From Penicillus capitatus (taxonomy: Eukaryota > Plantae > Chlorophyta): a stretch of 64,000 nucleotides of DNA. The DNA is taken from positions 124,001 to 188,000 of the forward strand of contig OZ287699.1 of assembly GCA_965649825.1 (NCBI GenBank). Direction: 5' to 3'. The notes under the pieces are model-generated. The model worked only from the letters and a program-made list of their open reading frames with translations, made no database searches and was not told the origin of the DNA. Of this stretch, positions 35,988-48,441 are shown piece after piece; the stretch's first letter is position 1, and each line of letters starts with the position of its first letter. Made by a program: the position numbers and the translations under genes.

Positions 35988-37024
35988 CTTGAGGATTGTT
36001 TGAACATTCCCAGTAGCGATGAATTGCTTGATGTGTCGAACGCGTACAGATCCCGTCTTGTTAGTCGTGTCTTCGAAAATCGAATCGATATGTGTCGCCG
36101 GTCGGCCGCGCAGCAAAACGATTCAAGAGCGGAAGACTTTACAGTAATCGGAGCAAGGTCTAGAACGGTTCACAACGCCCTTTATATACTCGCGTGATGA
36201 CGCGACTTCAGAGTCAGGTGAGTCAGCCCCAATGTCAGGACCATAGAACAGCGTCCCTAGGCGCACTTAAACCTTGTCTAGCAAGACAGCAAAGGCCGCC
36301 CTGAGCATTTGCCCCCGTGAACAACAAGGCAGGCACATCGACAAGGAAATCTTAACGACAATATGTTTGATGCAAACAGCTCAAGGCGACATGAAGTCAA
36401 GAAAAACATAGACGGTCGAGACCTTTGTCGGCCGACAGATCGACTCTTTGTTTTTGCACATTATGAAAGAACCTTCTATCGAAAGCTCGGAAGACAGTTA
36501 ATTGGTGAAGGTCGTTGCAGAGAGAACGGAGTTGTTTGCAACGCGGCAAGATTCGCAAGAAAAGCTAACGTGAACTCTAATTCTCAAGCTCTGATTGTAG
36601 AGGAATTCATGATCACTTGCGGGAAGATCTAAATAAAAACAAGTGATGTGTAAAGTCTTGTTCCTTTAAAAGAAGAAACTTTGGAGCAGACGGACACTGC
36701 TCGAAGATCTCATTCTAAAGTAAACAGCCACTTCCAGGGATGATAAGCGATACAATTCGTTCGATCATACGAGAAAAAGACGCAAGCAAAGAACAACAGC
36801 AGATAAAGTTGTCCAATATGATCCAGGCAAGTACCAATGATAGAAAAACGTGGCATCTCTTTTGTTTCGAGGCCTTTACATTGATGTCGCATGACAATGT
36901 CACCTGTGATGAGTTTTCTTGATTGGCGAGGCGATGTGGAAATAGTTTGCCACATGTTCTAATACTACCTGTCTCTGGGACATTGGCATTCACAGAGTTC
37001 GGTTCCATCGACCAGCTGCTGTTT

Positions 37025-37240
37025 GTAGTGTCATGAAGACGAAGGTGAAGGAGAGGAAGACAATCAAGCCAACATGATGTCCCACGACGTCAGTCGTGAC
37101 GTTAGCATGACGTCAAGCATGAATCATGAAATAGGAGTATAAAAACCTGATCGTTGAACAAGAATTATCATCTTTAAAACCCACTGTTTGTTTCACGCGC
37201 GTTCGTTTATACACGCGAATTCGCGCGACAGTAGTTTAAC
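37025..37240 (+). promoter_or_regulatory. TATA-box promoter-like repeat module, intact copy B
   Basis: Several TGACG/TGACGTCA boxes, CATGACGTCAAGCATG, TATAAAAA at 37138, then a conserved TTTAAAA..CTGTTTGTTTCAC leader. A 28-nt block at 37086-37113 is the exact reverse complement of 28195-28222. Confidence 0.7.
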
Positions 37241-37858
37241 CGGTAATATGGCTGGCGCCTCTTCGTGAAAGACCCGAACAATGAACGAACGACAACGACA
37301 ACATCTTTTAAGATCATTTCCAGCATCAAAAGTAGTCGGTGGCTGGGAACGGTTCAAATGAATATCACGAATGCCTTATTCACGCTTACCTCGGACGATC
37401 CGGCTGTTTAGACTCTGTGACGTTTCTTGTCTCTCCTTTTAATCCCGCCGTGGAGAACGACAACGTGCGAAGAGATTGTTAAGGAACGACAGGTTTGTAT
37501 TAACAAAAAGAAACGGCGTCGTTCGACTGATAAAGTAACGCCGGCTGGATATACAGAAGCGCGAATATCCTTTATCGAGGAGTGATACTTCCACTACATA
37601 TTGAACCCGATTTTTGCTGTCATCATCCACATTCGTCCAGTACGGTCGAGATTTAGTGTTACTGTTCGCATGCGTGCTTTGTCCGTGCTTTAACAGGAAT
37701 GATACCGTTATAAGGGTCTGAGATAGGTCAAGATGCAGTAGTTTATCTCATTGATGCTGTCGTGCACGTCATCTCAGGTGCCATACGAAACGTCACATGA
37801 AGTGACGTCTACAGAGTCGTCTCGAAACAGCTTTCCTATTTGCCTTTCCCGAGCTAAC

Positions 37859-39317
37859 ATGTTTGGCAACAGTTTTGGTAAAGCGCCGATTGTCTCCACT
37901 ACAGCTTCTACCATAGGACAACCCAGTGCAGGTCACAACCCTAACAACGACTACGAAGTCGCAGAGGTGTCGACTGATGGGATCAGCACCGTAAACTTCA
38001 GTCCCGTGGCCGACCACTTCGTCGCCACGTCATGGGACTGCTCCGTGCGCTTATGGGAATACGCCACACAGAAGGGTCTGTTCGGTGGCCCTCCTCAGGG
38101 CTCAATCCAATCCACGCCTAAAGCGATGCAGACCCACAACGAACCCGTCCTCTGCAGCGCCTTCAGTCAAGATGGCAGAGGCGTCTTCTTTGGCGGAACG
38201 GATGGACAAGTGCGACCTGCAGCCGCCGTCGAGTGACACCCGTAGCTTTGTCGCGCTTAGGTCAAGCTCTGGGACCTGGCATCGAATCAAGTGCATCAGG
38301 TGGCCCAGCACGAACGAGGCGTCAAGGAGTGTGCGTTCATCAACGAGCATAACTCCCTGCTGACTGGATCCTGGGATAAGCGTCTTTCCTACTGGGACTG
38401 CCGTGCGCCCAGTCCCGTCTACTCCCACACGCTCCTCGATCGGATCAGTTCGCTGGACGTTCGGGGACAGTTGTTGGTCGTCAGCACAGCCCAACGTCAT
38501 ATACAGGTTCACGATCTAACGAACTCTGCTGTTCGTCAGATGCGATCTCTCTGTGTGTTCAGGTCTTCGACCTACGCAATCCTCGGACGGTGAAGATGAC
38601 ATCCGAGTCGCCGCTGAAGTGGCAGACGCGATGTGTGACATGCTTCGGTGATGAGAAGGGTTACTACATCGGTTCCATCGAAGGCAGATGCGCCGTGCAG
38701 AACCTCGAAGCCATCAATGCCTCCAAGAACTTCACATTCAAATGCCATCGCCAAGGGGAAGTCAGGTCCGTTCTCTTCTTTCCATCTCCTGCAAGACTTC
38801 TCTGTCTGTACAGGACCAGTCAAGAGATCTATGCGGTGAATGCCATCAAAGTGCATCCAACCTACGGCACCTTCATTACCTGCGGTGAGTGACGGTTAGC
38901 TGATGCAGCACAGTTGTCGTCCTGTCCTGGATGATGACAAGACATCTTCACGATCTTGCCTCTGATGACCAAATCTTGCAATTCTGAATGGATATGTGTT
39001 GTTCTTGATGTGACAGATGGGGCAGAGAACGTATGGGTGATGGGATTTGTGGCACTGTAGGTTCCGACGGTGTGCTGTATTTCTGGGACAAGGAGCACAA
39101 GCGCCGATTGAAGGCCATGCAGCGTTGCAATGACTCCATTTCCTGTGCAGCTTTCAGCAGAGATGGATCCCTTGTTGCCTATGCCGTGAGCTACGATTGG
39201 CGTTTCGGCGTGGAGGGCTTCAATCCTGACACCATGCGCAGTCGCATCTTCCTCCACCAAGTGCAAGAGGACGAAGTTCGACCTGGACCCAATCTCTCTT
39301 CGCAGAGAAAGAGATAA
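37859..39317 (+). CDS. RAE1: mRNA export factor RAE1/GLE2 (WD40)
   Basis: NPNNDYEV...STDGISTVNFSP..HFVATSWDCSVRLWE, LTGSWDKRLSYWD, IGSIEGRCAV, FTFKCHR, IYAVNAI, GTVGSDGVLYFWDKEHKRRLK, AYAVSYDW. Confidence 0.96.
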
Positions 39318-39376
39318 AACGAAGAACGGGACGCCTGTATATGCATGAAGTGAAGAAGACAGCATCTGATATGGTA

Positions 39377-42150
39377 TTAAGCAAAGAGTTCATTCTCTTT
39401 ATAGATGGGCTTGACATCGTAAAGGGGTTTCTCTAATGTCTGTGGTTCTAACTCCATACGAATCTGTTCTCGGCGACACATCATTCGCATCGAATAGATC
39501 ACACCGTTTCTCAGAGCGATGGACAGGGAGAACCTCTCGCGGGACGCTCGTAGCCGCTCGTAGAAATGGATCTCATCATAGACGCTCGTTTCCTTCTGCT
39601 CTGACAGAATCGACAGCCCTACACAAAACAAACAGCCATGAGTCGATCTCTTCGATAGATAAAGGGCGGGACATACCCTTGAGAAAAGCTCCCCATGTCA
39701 TTCCTTCCAATGCCAGGATCTCGTAAGCGGCGTAGATGGATGTGAACTGATGGGGTAGAACGCCATTCGGTAGTTTGTGCCCTGAAACGGACAGAGCGGT
39801 GAGTATCTGCAAACGAGGTGGCGTTGTCTTACGCGCATACTGTTCATTGAACATCCAGTTCTGTTTCCAGAAGTAGAGGAGGTCTGGTATGTTGCCCTGT
39901 TCAGGATCAGGTGGCTGCACTGCGAAATCCAGCTGCAGTTTCCGCGTCATGTTGTACATCTCACAGAAACTGGGCGGAAGCTACGGGATGGGCGGTAAGA
40001 GCAATGAGCCTTACTGGTTAAACTTCACGTCATCGGATGAAAGAGTGAAATCCGCATAGGCGTAGAGATTAAAATCCGACCAGTTGTGGACCTTCTTCTT
40101 GCAGACTTCGATCCGCCTGGCCGTCAGTTCAGGGCATTGCATGACAGTGGCAATCGTCCGAGGCGGGACGGCGGCTTCGGTTGATTCGACCACCTTTGCG
40201 AAATTCGGCACGATGGCATTCACCTAACAGCAAACGTAGAATAGGCGACAAAAACGGAATGCCCTCGACAGACATCTTCAAGAATCTGCTTGAATGAAGC
40301 TGTTGTCATCGTATCAGTCTCTGGGAGACATTTCTGTATGGACAGGAATGCGGAACCCAGTCGCAGCACATCTTCCATGAGCTCGACGTGGCAAAGACCT
40401 GATGCACAGCGTCCGCCTCGGAACCAGAAAAACGCGCAGTACTGCGTTACCCAGTGGAAATGTCTTCCTAAAAAGATGCAACGCCGGATAGAGTGCCCCT
40501 GCGCATTCCATGCCTGACAGACATTCTCCTCGCAAGACTGGTATGCGTCCTCGCACGTGCACTTGCCTATTTCCAGAGCAGCCCTGTTCTTTGGCAAGAG
40601 GACGGCAGGAACGCGTTGAGACAGGTGATAGAGAGTGAGTGTTGGAGGCAAGAGGGCAGACAAGTCCCTGATGTGATCCACGGCTTCTTCGGAATTATAC
40701 CACACTTGTTTGAATAACGCTTTCGCAAAATCGCCCTTCTCTGACGCGACATTCACGTCTAAGATCTGCTGCAATGCCTCCACAATGCTATCTTCCACAT
40801 CTTGCCCCAGATCACACTGATCTGCTCAGATCTCACACATCAACACTCTACTGAATGTAGACGAGCTAAGGTACGCAGAACGGTGATGAGTTTTGTGTTT
40901 GTCCTTTCGAAGAGCTTTGTCTTCGTCGAGTGGACATCTTCCTGACGCCGAAGGTAAAGCACTTTTCCAATCTCCTTTGCAGGGGGCTCTTTTAGCTTCA
41001 ATCGAACAGGCGGCTTCTCTTCGATGGTGTCAAACTCCACTAACTGTGAGCATTGTCCCTCAAATCAGGGAGGGATGCGTCGATGTGTGTCTGCTTGCCT
41101 TGACGACCACTTCCTCTTCCGCATACATTTCCTGCACTTCTTTTTCTCGGAGCTGATTGTCTTCTTCCATTTTGGCGAATATTTTAGATTCGTAACTCTC
41201 TTCGGGCTCCGGTTCTGGAACGGACACACATTCGATGGGATCTCATGCCAGAATTCGCGCACCGTATTCATCGTCGTCTTCGCTTGGCACAAACGGCACG
41301 TATCGATGTGGCTTTGACTCCCTCCGTTGCTCATCGTCTTCTAGCAATTGCATGAAGAGCTCCTTCTCTGTGAAGACATCTTCTTCCTCTTCCGCCTCTT
41401 CTTCGGAGACCTCCGACATCGACACTTCTTCGGATTCTTCAGATTCGTCCTCGATCTCTTCCGATTCCGTCTCTTTCAGTTCTTCAGAATCTTCGGCTGA
41501 TTGATCTGCTGCTGCTTCCGCCGCCGCCGCTTTTTCTAAGGCCTCGGCCTTGCAGAAGAGATCTCTAGACTAGACGTTCGGTGAAGGGAGGGAGGGATAC
41601 CTTCTCTTGTTCGGCACTTAGTCGTCGGAGACGTGCCTTCTCCAAGATGCTCTGTTTGTACTCTTCCTTCGTCATCGGTGCCTTTGCTCTCCTTGGCGGA
41701 ACGAGATGTCTTCGGGAGAACGCGCGAACGTGTTCGCTCTTATCCAACGGGACGATGACGCTTCGCTGAAGGAGGATCCATTTTCTGAAACTGCCGTTGA
41801 GTTGTCGCAACATGCTGCATCCACATTCTAAAGCATCGATCAAACGAAGTCGATCGGCGATCGGTAATTGAAGGACGTTGCGCTTGTCAGATTTCTGCAC
41901 GTCACATCAGCACGAGGTCGCCTCGAATTCTTGCGCTCCTCTTGCCAAAAACGGAATCTGAAGGATTCCGTCTCTCTCCTGTCACATCAATGCTGAGAAT
42001 GGCTGACGTCCTATCGACGCAGGACTTTCCAAAAAAGCACCCAAGTTTGAATTCCGACGTGTGTTTTGCTTTCGGTGACGTTCGTTCCTTTTGTCATCAC
42101 GTCGAGTCAAGTCTCCACCAGAGAGACAAACGCCATTTCGCATTCTGATA
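39377..42150 (-). CDS. Multi-exon protein of unknown function with a long acidic (E/D/S) tract; 5' end approximate
   Basis: Successive minus-strand ORF blocks (41565-41900, 41243-41540, 40840-41040, 40220-40798, 40011-40223, 39576-39959) are separated by short introns with plausible splice sites. Confidence 0.6.
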
Positions 42151-42153
42151 AAG

Positions 42154-43832
42154 ATGCAAGGCTTAACGCGATCGGGGCGCCTTCCTTGCGTCCTTTCGCA
42201 CGGCAAACGACTGCTCTCTTCAATATCCGCGGCACTATCCGATGCGCAACAGAAAGTGCGCAATTGAACAGAGGGGCCCAGAGTTGAACGACGGTGGTTG
42301 AAGGTGATCGACCGCGAAGAGATTTTCGGCGCACACAACTATGAATCCCTGCCCGTCGTGCTGGAAAGAGGTCGCGGTGTTTTCGTCTGGGATGTTGATG
42401 GAAAGAGGTACTACGATTGCCTGAGCAGCTACGCGGCCCTCAATCAAGGACACTGTCATCCAAGAGTGCGTGCGCCTCATACATGATGCCATCTCCGAGA
42501 GCTGTCCCATCACTTCTGTGTTTAACAGATTGTCGAGGCACTGGTACAACAAGCCCAGAAACTGACGCTGACATCCCGAGCATTCTACACAGGTCATGCA
42601 TCCTTCGGTCTCTTTGAGGTGACGTGATGTGACTGCGGCGTAGATGTACTGGGAGAGTATGAGGAGTTCATGCATCGCGTGTTCGGTTACGATAAGCTCC
42701 TGCCGATGAATACCGGCGTCGAAGGAGGCGAGACCGCTATCAAACTTGCACGGTTCTCGCACATCGCATACGGCAGGCGATACGCGTAGACTTGGAATAT
42801 CCACAGGCGATGGGGGTATCGTGTGAAAGGCATCCCGCCGAACGAAGCAGTGATTCTCTTTGCCGAGAACAATTTCTGGGGCCGCACCCTCTCAGCCGTC
42901 TCTTCCTCCACGGATCCGACATGCTACGTGGACTACGGTATGACACCGACCATCTCATGTATGGTGATGATGCGGGGAGCGCATGACAGGTCCCTTCATG
43001 CCTGGATTCGAAATCATCCCTTTTAACGATATCGCATCGCTGGAAGCCAAACTGCAATCGAATCCCCACATCGCTGCGTTTATGCTGGAGCCGATCCAGG
43101 GCGAAGCGGGGGTCGTGGTGCCCGACAAAGGGTATCTGGCTAAAGTGGCGGCACTGCTGAAGAAATACAATGTGCTGTTGATTGCCGACGAAGTGCAGAC
43201 GGGTCTCTGTCGGACGGGACACATGTTGGCATGCGATTGGGAAAATGTCCGGCCGGATATCGTCATCCTCGGCAAAGCGCTATCTGGAGGCGTCTATCCG
43301 ACGACCGCTGTCCTCTGTGATGATCCCATCATGCTCACGATCGGCAAGAATCGCATCGGCATCGGCATCGTAAACGCTCTCAAATCCATGCACTTCAGGA
43401 AGAGGCGAACACGGAAGCACTTACGGAGGCAATCCTCTCGCCTCGAGAGTCGCCATGACGGCTGTTCAGGTATGCAGCCCTTCAGGAATGCCAACTTGGT
43501 GCGTGAGGATTGCCAAGTAGGTCTTGATCGACGAGGGTATGGGCAAGAATGCGGAACGATTGGGAGAGCTTTTCAGGCAGCGTATGCGCGAGGGTGTTCC
43601 ATCGGAGCGTCTGGCCCTGGTGCGTGGCAAGGGCTTATTGAATGCTCTCGTTCTGAACGAAAAGGGTGCCTTCACCGCTGCCAATGTCGTCTTGCGTCTA
43701 CGAGATGCCGGATTGTTGTGCAAACCGACGCACGGGAACATTCTGCGCGTCGCGCCGCCGCTCTGTATCGACGCGTCGCAGCTCATCGAATGTACGGACA
43801 TCTTGACGAAAACCCTGCTGTCAGAATTTTGA
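42154..43832 (+). CDS. OAT: Ornithine delta-aminotransferase, mitochondrial
   Basis: Basic transit-like N-terminus; [91 protein letters not shown] (PLP lysine), [11 protein letters not shown]. Confidence 0.97.
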
Positions 43833-43841
43833 GATTCGCCC

Positions 43842-44556
43842 ATGCTGTCGTCGCTGCGCCCAACGCCTCGAAGCGGTTGGACGACGTCCCTTTCGATCTC
43901 CCTCGATCGTCGCTTTCGACTCAAAGCCGAAGGAAACGGCTCATCGACGGGACCCCCTCGTCGCGGCGCACTGTCCGGAAAGACGGGAAAGGAACTGCGC
44001 GAAGAATTCTTCATGGCTGCGCAGACAGGAAGCGAACGCGGATTGCCAGAGGGCGCTTTCCTCAACGACAACACCACAGGCGATGAGCCGCTCACCGAGA
44101 TCAGCTGGGAACCATACGGCGACACGTGCAGTGCCCCGCAGGTCATCCATCTCGGCCATTCTGCACTGCCCAGGACTCCCATCAGGGATCGAGTATTCTG
44201 AAAGCCGGTGTCGAGGCAGGCGCTTTCGAGATCACTCCTGCCTTCTGCTTAACGGGTGGGTGCCGTTTCGGTGATCTCGGTATCGGACGCATCTTCCATC
44301 GTATGCACAGGGCAGTGCGATTCGTGCCTGGTGGAGCTCGATACAGGCGAAGCTGTCCTCGGCTGTATGCGCAGTGTCCCGACTGGCCGTGATCAAATGA
44401 CCATTACCGTCGTGGCGACAGACGAGGCATGGGAGTCCATGTTAGCAGGTCCCGCGATCGCCTGTCCATTCCAGATCGACATCTTCGTCTTCAGGTGGTG
44501 GGACAGCGGAAGCGGATGCGAAGGTATCGGACGATGACGATTTTACGTTTGTTTAA
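43842..44556 (+). CDS. Plastid-targeted small 2Fe-2S ferredoxin-like protein
   Basis: Ser/Thr/Arg-rich [29 protein letters not shown]; spliced C-x4-C-x2-C motif FCLTGQCDSC with a fourth Cys in LGCMRSVP; predicted stop TAA at 44554-44556. Confidence 0.75.
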
Positions 44557-44596
44557 AGCGTCGAGTGATTTCGATGACCATTGTGTACGACACTCT

Positions 44597-47500
44597 ATGA
44601 TCGCGCGTAAAGCGGCGGCTTCTGCAACGCGGTCCGGTTTTACGATGACGATGGCGACGACGTCCTCGACAAAGGCACTCGCCGTCTCTTTTCTGCACCT
44701 CTTCGCTCGACGGGCGTCGCTTTTGGTGTCGAAGGGAAGTCAGCCGTCGACAGGAAAGACGACACGAAGGAAAGTCAACCGCATCGGCGAATACAGAGGG
44801 TTCTGCGCAACGCCTTGCTGGTTTGTGGCGGCACGACGTCCTATTATGGCAAACAGAGTCGTCTGCGGCTGCGCCTCGCATTGTGGACTGTACGGTGGTA
44901 CAACCCTAAGGGCGACGATGTCTCCTCCCAGGTGAGGCCCAAATTGCTAGGGATTGATTTCTATAGTCAAGGACGCTGTGAGTGTGTTCGTATCGAGACG
45001 TCATGCGTCGGTCATCGTACGCGCCGGAAAGCGCATCACACAAAATGAGTTTACTGAGAAGGCTTGGCAGGTGTGGTGCAATGTATATGGTGTGCAAAGG
45101 GGTGTGTACGTTCGGATGATGCATAGGCAGTTGTTGCGGCACCCGAAATCGCGAAGGATTACCAGCAACAGGTCGTCGAGTCGGAGCATTTGTTGAAGGC
45201 ATTGCTGGAACAGCCAAATGGACTGGCCAGACGGATCATCTCCAAGGCAGGCGGCGATCCGACAAAGCTCCTGGAGCACGTCAATTCGGACCTCGCATCC
45301 AAACCGAAAGTCTATGGCGCCACCGATCAAGTCGTCACTTCGCTGGTCGTGCCTCGATGCTGGAACGACAAGGATGTGACGGCTAGGTACTGGGAAGGTA
45401 TTTGGAAGCTGTGGTCGACCACGCACAGAAACTGAAGGCCGAATGGAAAGATGGCTTTGTCTCTGTGGAACATCTCGTACTGGGCATTGCTCACGATCCG
45501 CTGTTTGGACAGAAGACCATGCGAACGTATGGACTGACCTACGACAGAATTCTGAAAGCCGTTCAGGACATTCGCGGCAGCAACGCCGTCGTCGATCAAG
45601 TCCGTTCGCCTCAGTCATGGACATGATGTGACAGCAGTCGCTTCACAGGATCCTGAAGGGAAGTATGAGGCGCTGGCGAAGTACGCTCGGGATTTGACAT
45701 CGGCAGCACGAGATGGGAAGTTGGATCCGGTCATCGGTCGGGACGATGAGATCCGGCGATGTATTCAGATTCTCTCACGGAGGACGAAGAATAACCCGGT
45801 CCTCATCGGAGAACCTGGCAAGACGTTTGGTTCCACTCCGGATGCCTGCCTTCAAGCATCGTTGTTCTAGGCGTCGGCAAGACGGCAGTGGCCGAAGGCT
45901 TGGCGCAGAGAATCGTCGAGAGCGATGTCCCAGCCGCCTTGCAGGATCGTACGTTGATGGCACTCGATATCGGTGCTCTGATCGCAGGCGCTAAGTATCG
46001 GGGTGAGTTCGAGGATCGTCTGAAAGCGGTGATCGAAGAGGTGACGGGGTCGAACGGCAAGATCGTGCTCTTCATCGACGAGATCCATACAGTCGTGGGT
46101 GCGGGAGCGACCCAAGGGGCGTTGGATGCTGGGAATCTCTTAAAACCGATGTTGGGAAGAGGGGAGCTTCGTTGCATCGGAGCCACGACGCTGACGGAGT
46201 ATCGAAAGTTTATTGAAAAGGATCCAGCCTTGGAGAGACGTTTTCAGCAAGTGCTGGTCGATCAGCCGTCAGTCTCTCAAACCGTCTCCGTTCTGCGTGG
46301 CCTAAGAGAGAGGTCTGGGGAAGTGTGAGATGGGAAATGTGTGAGATTTGATGTGACAGGTATGAACTGCATCATGGTGTGAAGATTTCGGATTCGGCGT
46401 TGGTGGATGCCGCCGTGTTGGCCGATCGATACATTGCCGATCGATTCCTGCCAGACAAAGCCATTGACCTCGTCGATGAAGCTGCCGCGAAGCTGAAAAT
46501 GGAGATCACATCAAAACCGTTAGCACTTGACGAGATCGATCGAAAAATCTTACAGTTGGAGATGGAAGTCCTGTCACTGTCAAAAGCCGCTCCTTCCGAC
46601 AAAGGTCCCATCAACATCACTCAGATGACACATATAAAAGAGTGAGATATATAGGGGCGGCTGGTCGGTTATCCGTTTTGAACAGTCAACTAAAAAACTT
46701 GAAGAAAGATCAGAAACAGCTGAACGATCAGTGGGAGGCTGAGAAGCAAAACATGACACGGTTGCAGAATATTAAGGAAGAGGTCGACCGTGTGAACATC
46801 GAGATTCAACAGGCAGAACGCGAATACAATCTCAGCCGGTGAGCATCTCGCCAAAAATTCTTATGCGGACGACATTGACGGTCTGTTTAGGGCAGCTGAA
46901 TTGAAGTACGGTACACTGAACGACCTACAGAGAAAACTAGAAGAAGCAGAATTGGCAATTGAAGGAGGGAACAACGACGGTCTCCCTCGGATGCTGCGGG
47001 AAGAGGTGACAGAAGAAGACATCGCCGAGATCATTGCGAAATGGACAGGCATCCCCGTGAGCAAACTCCGTCAATCCGAACGGTGCTCCTGGACGCCGGT
47101 CGGAACAGCTCGATCGATGTTGGTTTGTGCAGATCAAAATTGCTGCATTTGAGTGACGAGCTCCATCGACGCGTCATCGGTCAGGATGAAGCGGTGGAGG
47201 CCGTTTCCGACGCGATTCAACGATCCCGTGCTGGATTGGCCGATCCGGAACGTCCCATCGCTTCGTTCATGTTTCTCGGTCCGACGGGCGTCGGCAAGAC
47301 CGAATTGGCCAAGGCTCTGGCGCAGTTTCTCTTCAACACCGAAGACGCCCTCGTTCGAATCGACATGAGCGAGTATATGGAGAAGCACAATGTCAGTCGA
47401 CTGGTCGGTGCCCCTCCCGGATACGTCGGCTACGAAGAAGGCGGCCAGCTGACCGAATCCGTCCGTCGACGTCCTTACGCCGTCGTCCTCTTCGACGAAG

Positions 47501-48187
47501 TCGAGAAAGCCCACGGAGACGTGTTCAACGTCCTCCTTCAGGTCACACTTTTGCAAACAGCAATCCGATGTGTGAGAGATCTTATAGATACTGGACGATG
47601 GACGGGTCACGGATTCGCAAGGCCGAACGGTAAGTTTCAAAAACTGTATCCTGATCATGACATCGAATTTGGGATCGACGGCGATTTTGGAAGTGCCCGA
47701 GCGCGATCGGCAGAAGGACTTGGTGATGGGATACGTGCGAGAGACCTTTCGACCGGAATTCGTCAACCGAATCGACGAGTACATCATTTTCGAGGCCCTC
47801 CGGATGGATCAGATCAAAAAGATCGTCCGCTTACAGGTCTGTCCCATACCGGCACAGCAAAGGAGGACCTCACACGTAATGATGATCTAGGCCTGTCGCG
47901 TGGCCGATCGTATGGCAGAGAAGAAAATGCGTTTGGAACTGGAGGAGAGCGCTGTCGACTATTTGGCCTCAAAAGGCTTTGATCCCGTCTACGGTGCGCG
48001 CCCCGTCAAGCGCGCCGTTCAAAGAGAGCTCGAAACGGCCCTGGCCAAAGGCATGTTACGTGAGGAGTTCGGCGAAGAGGACGTCATTTCCGTGTCGGCA
48101 ACGATGGACGACGGCCTGAAACTGACACGACATGGCGCCGAACGTGCTCTTAATGGAGTGACGCAGTCGGTCACCTCAAACTCATAG
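44597..48187 (+). CDS. CLPB3: Chloroplast ClpB3/Hsp100 disaggregase
   Basis: Transit peptide, [57 protein letters not shown]-domain coiled coil, [39 protein letters not shown]. Confidence 0.97.
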
Positions 48188-48441
48188 TCTAGGGGGGTGG
48201 ATAAAGCATTGTCCGTTGTCGATCTTTTTCTATACCTTTAACCATTCTTTCCGTTCTCGAGATGTTCTCGACCGTCTCATCGAGAAACTCGTGTGAAACG
48301 AACGGCGATTCGGCCAGTATTGATGTAACAGAATGGATGGATATATAACAGTCGCTATCGCATTTCGTGAACAAATAACGACGACGACGATACCCATCGA
48401 ATCATTGCATCGCCCTCTCTGCTAAAGCACCGGACCAACCA

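Noticed and set aside
42983-44086. 367-aa ORF in the track
   Set aside because: An OAT exon read through a GC-AG intron into the wrong frame; the true OAT frame resumes at 43399.
42154-48187. Bacterial operon or contaminant explanation for the tight gene spacing
   Set aside because: All three genes have spliceosomal introns and organelle transit peptides.
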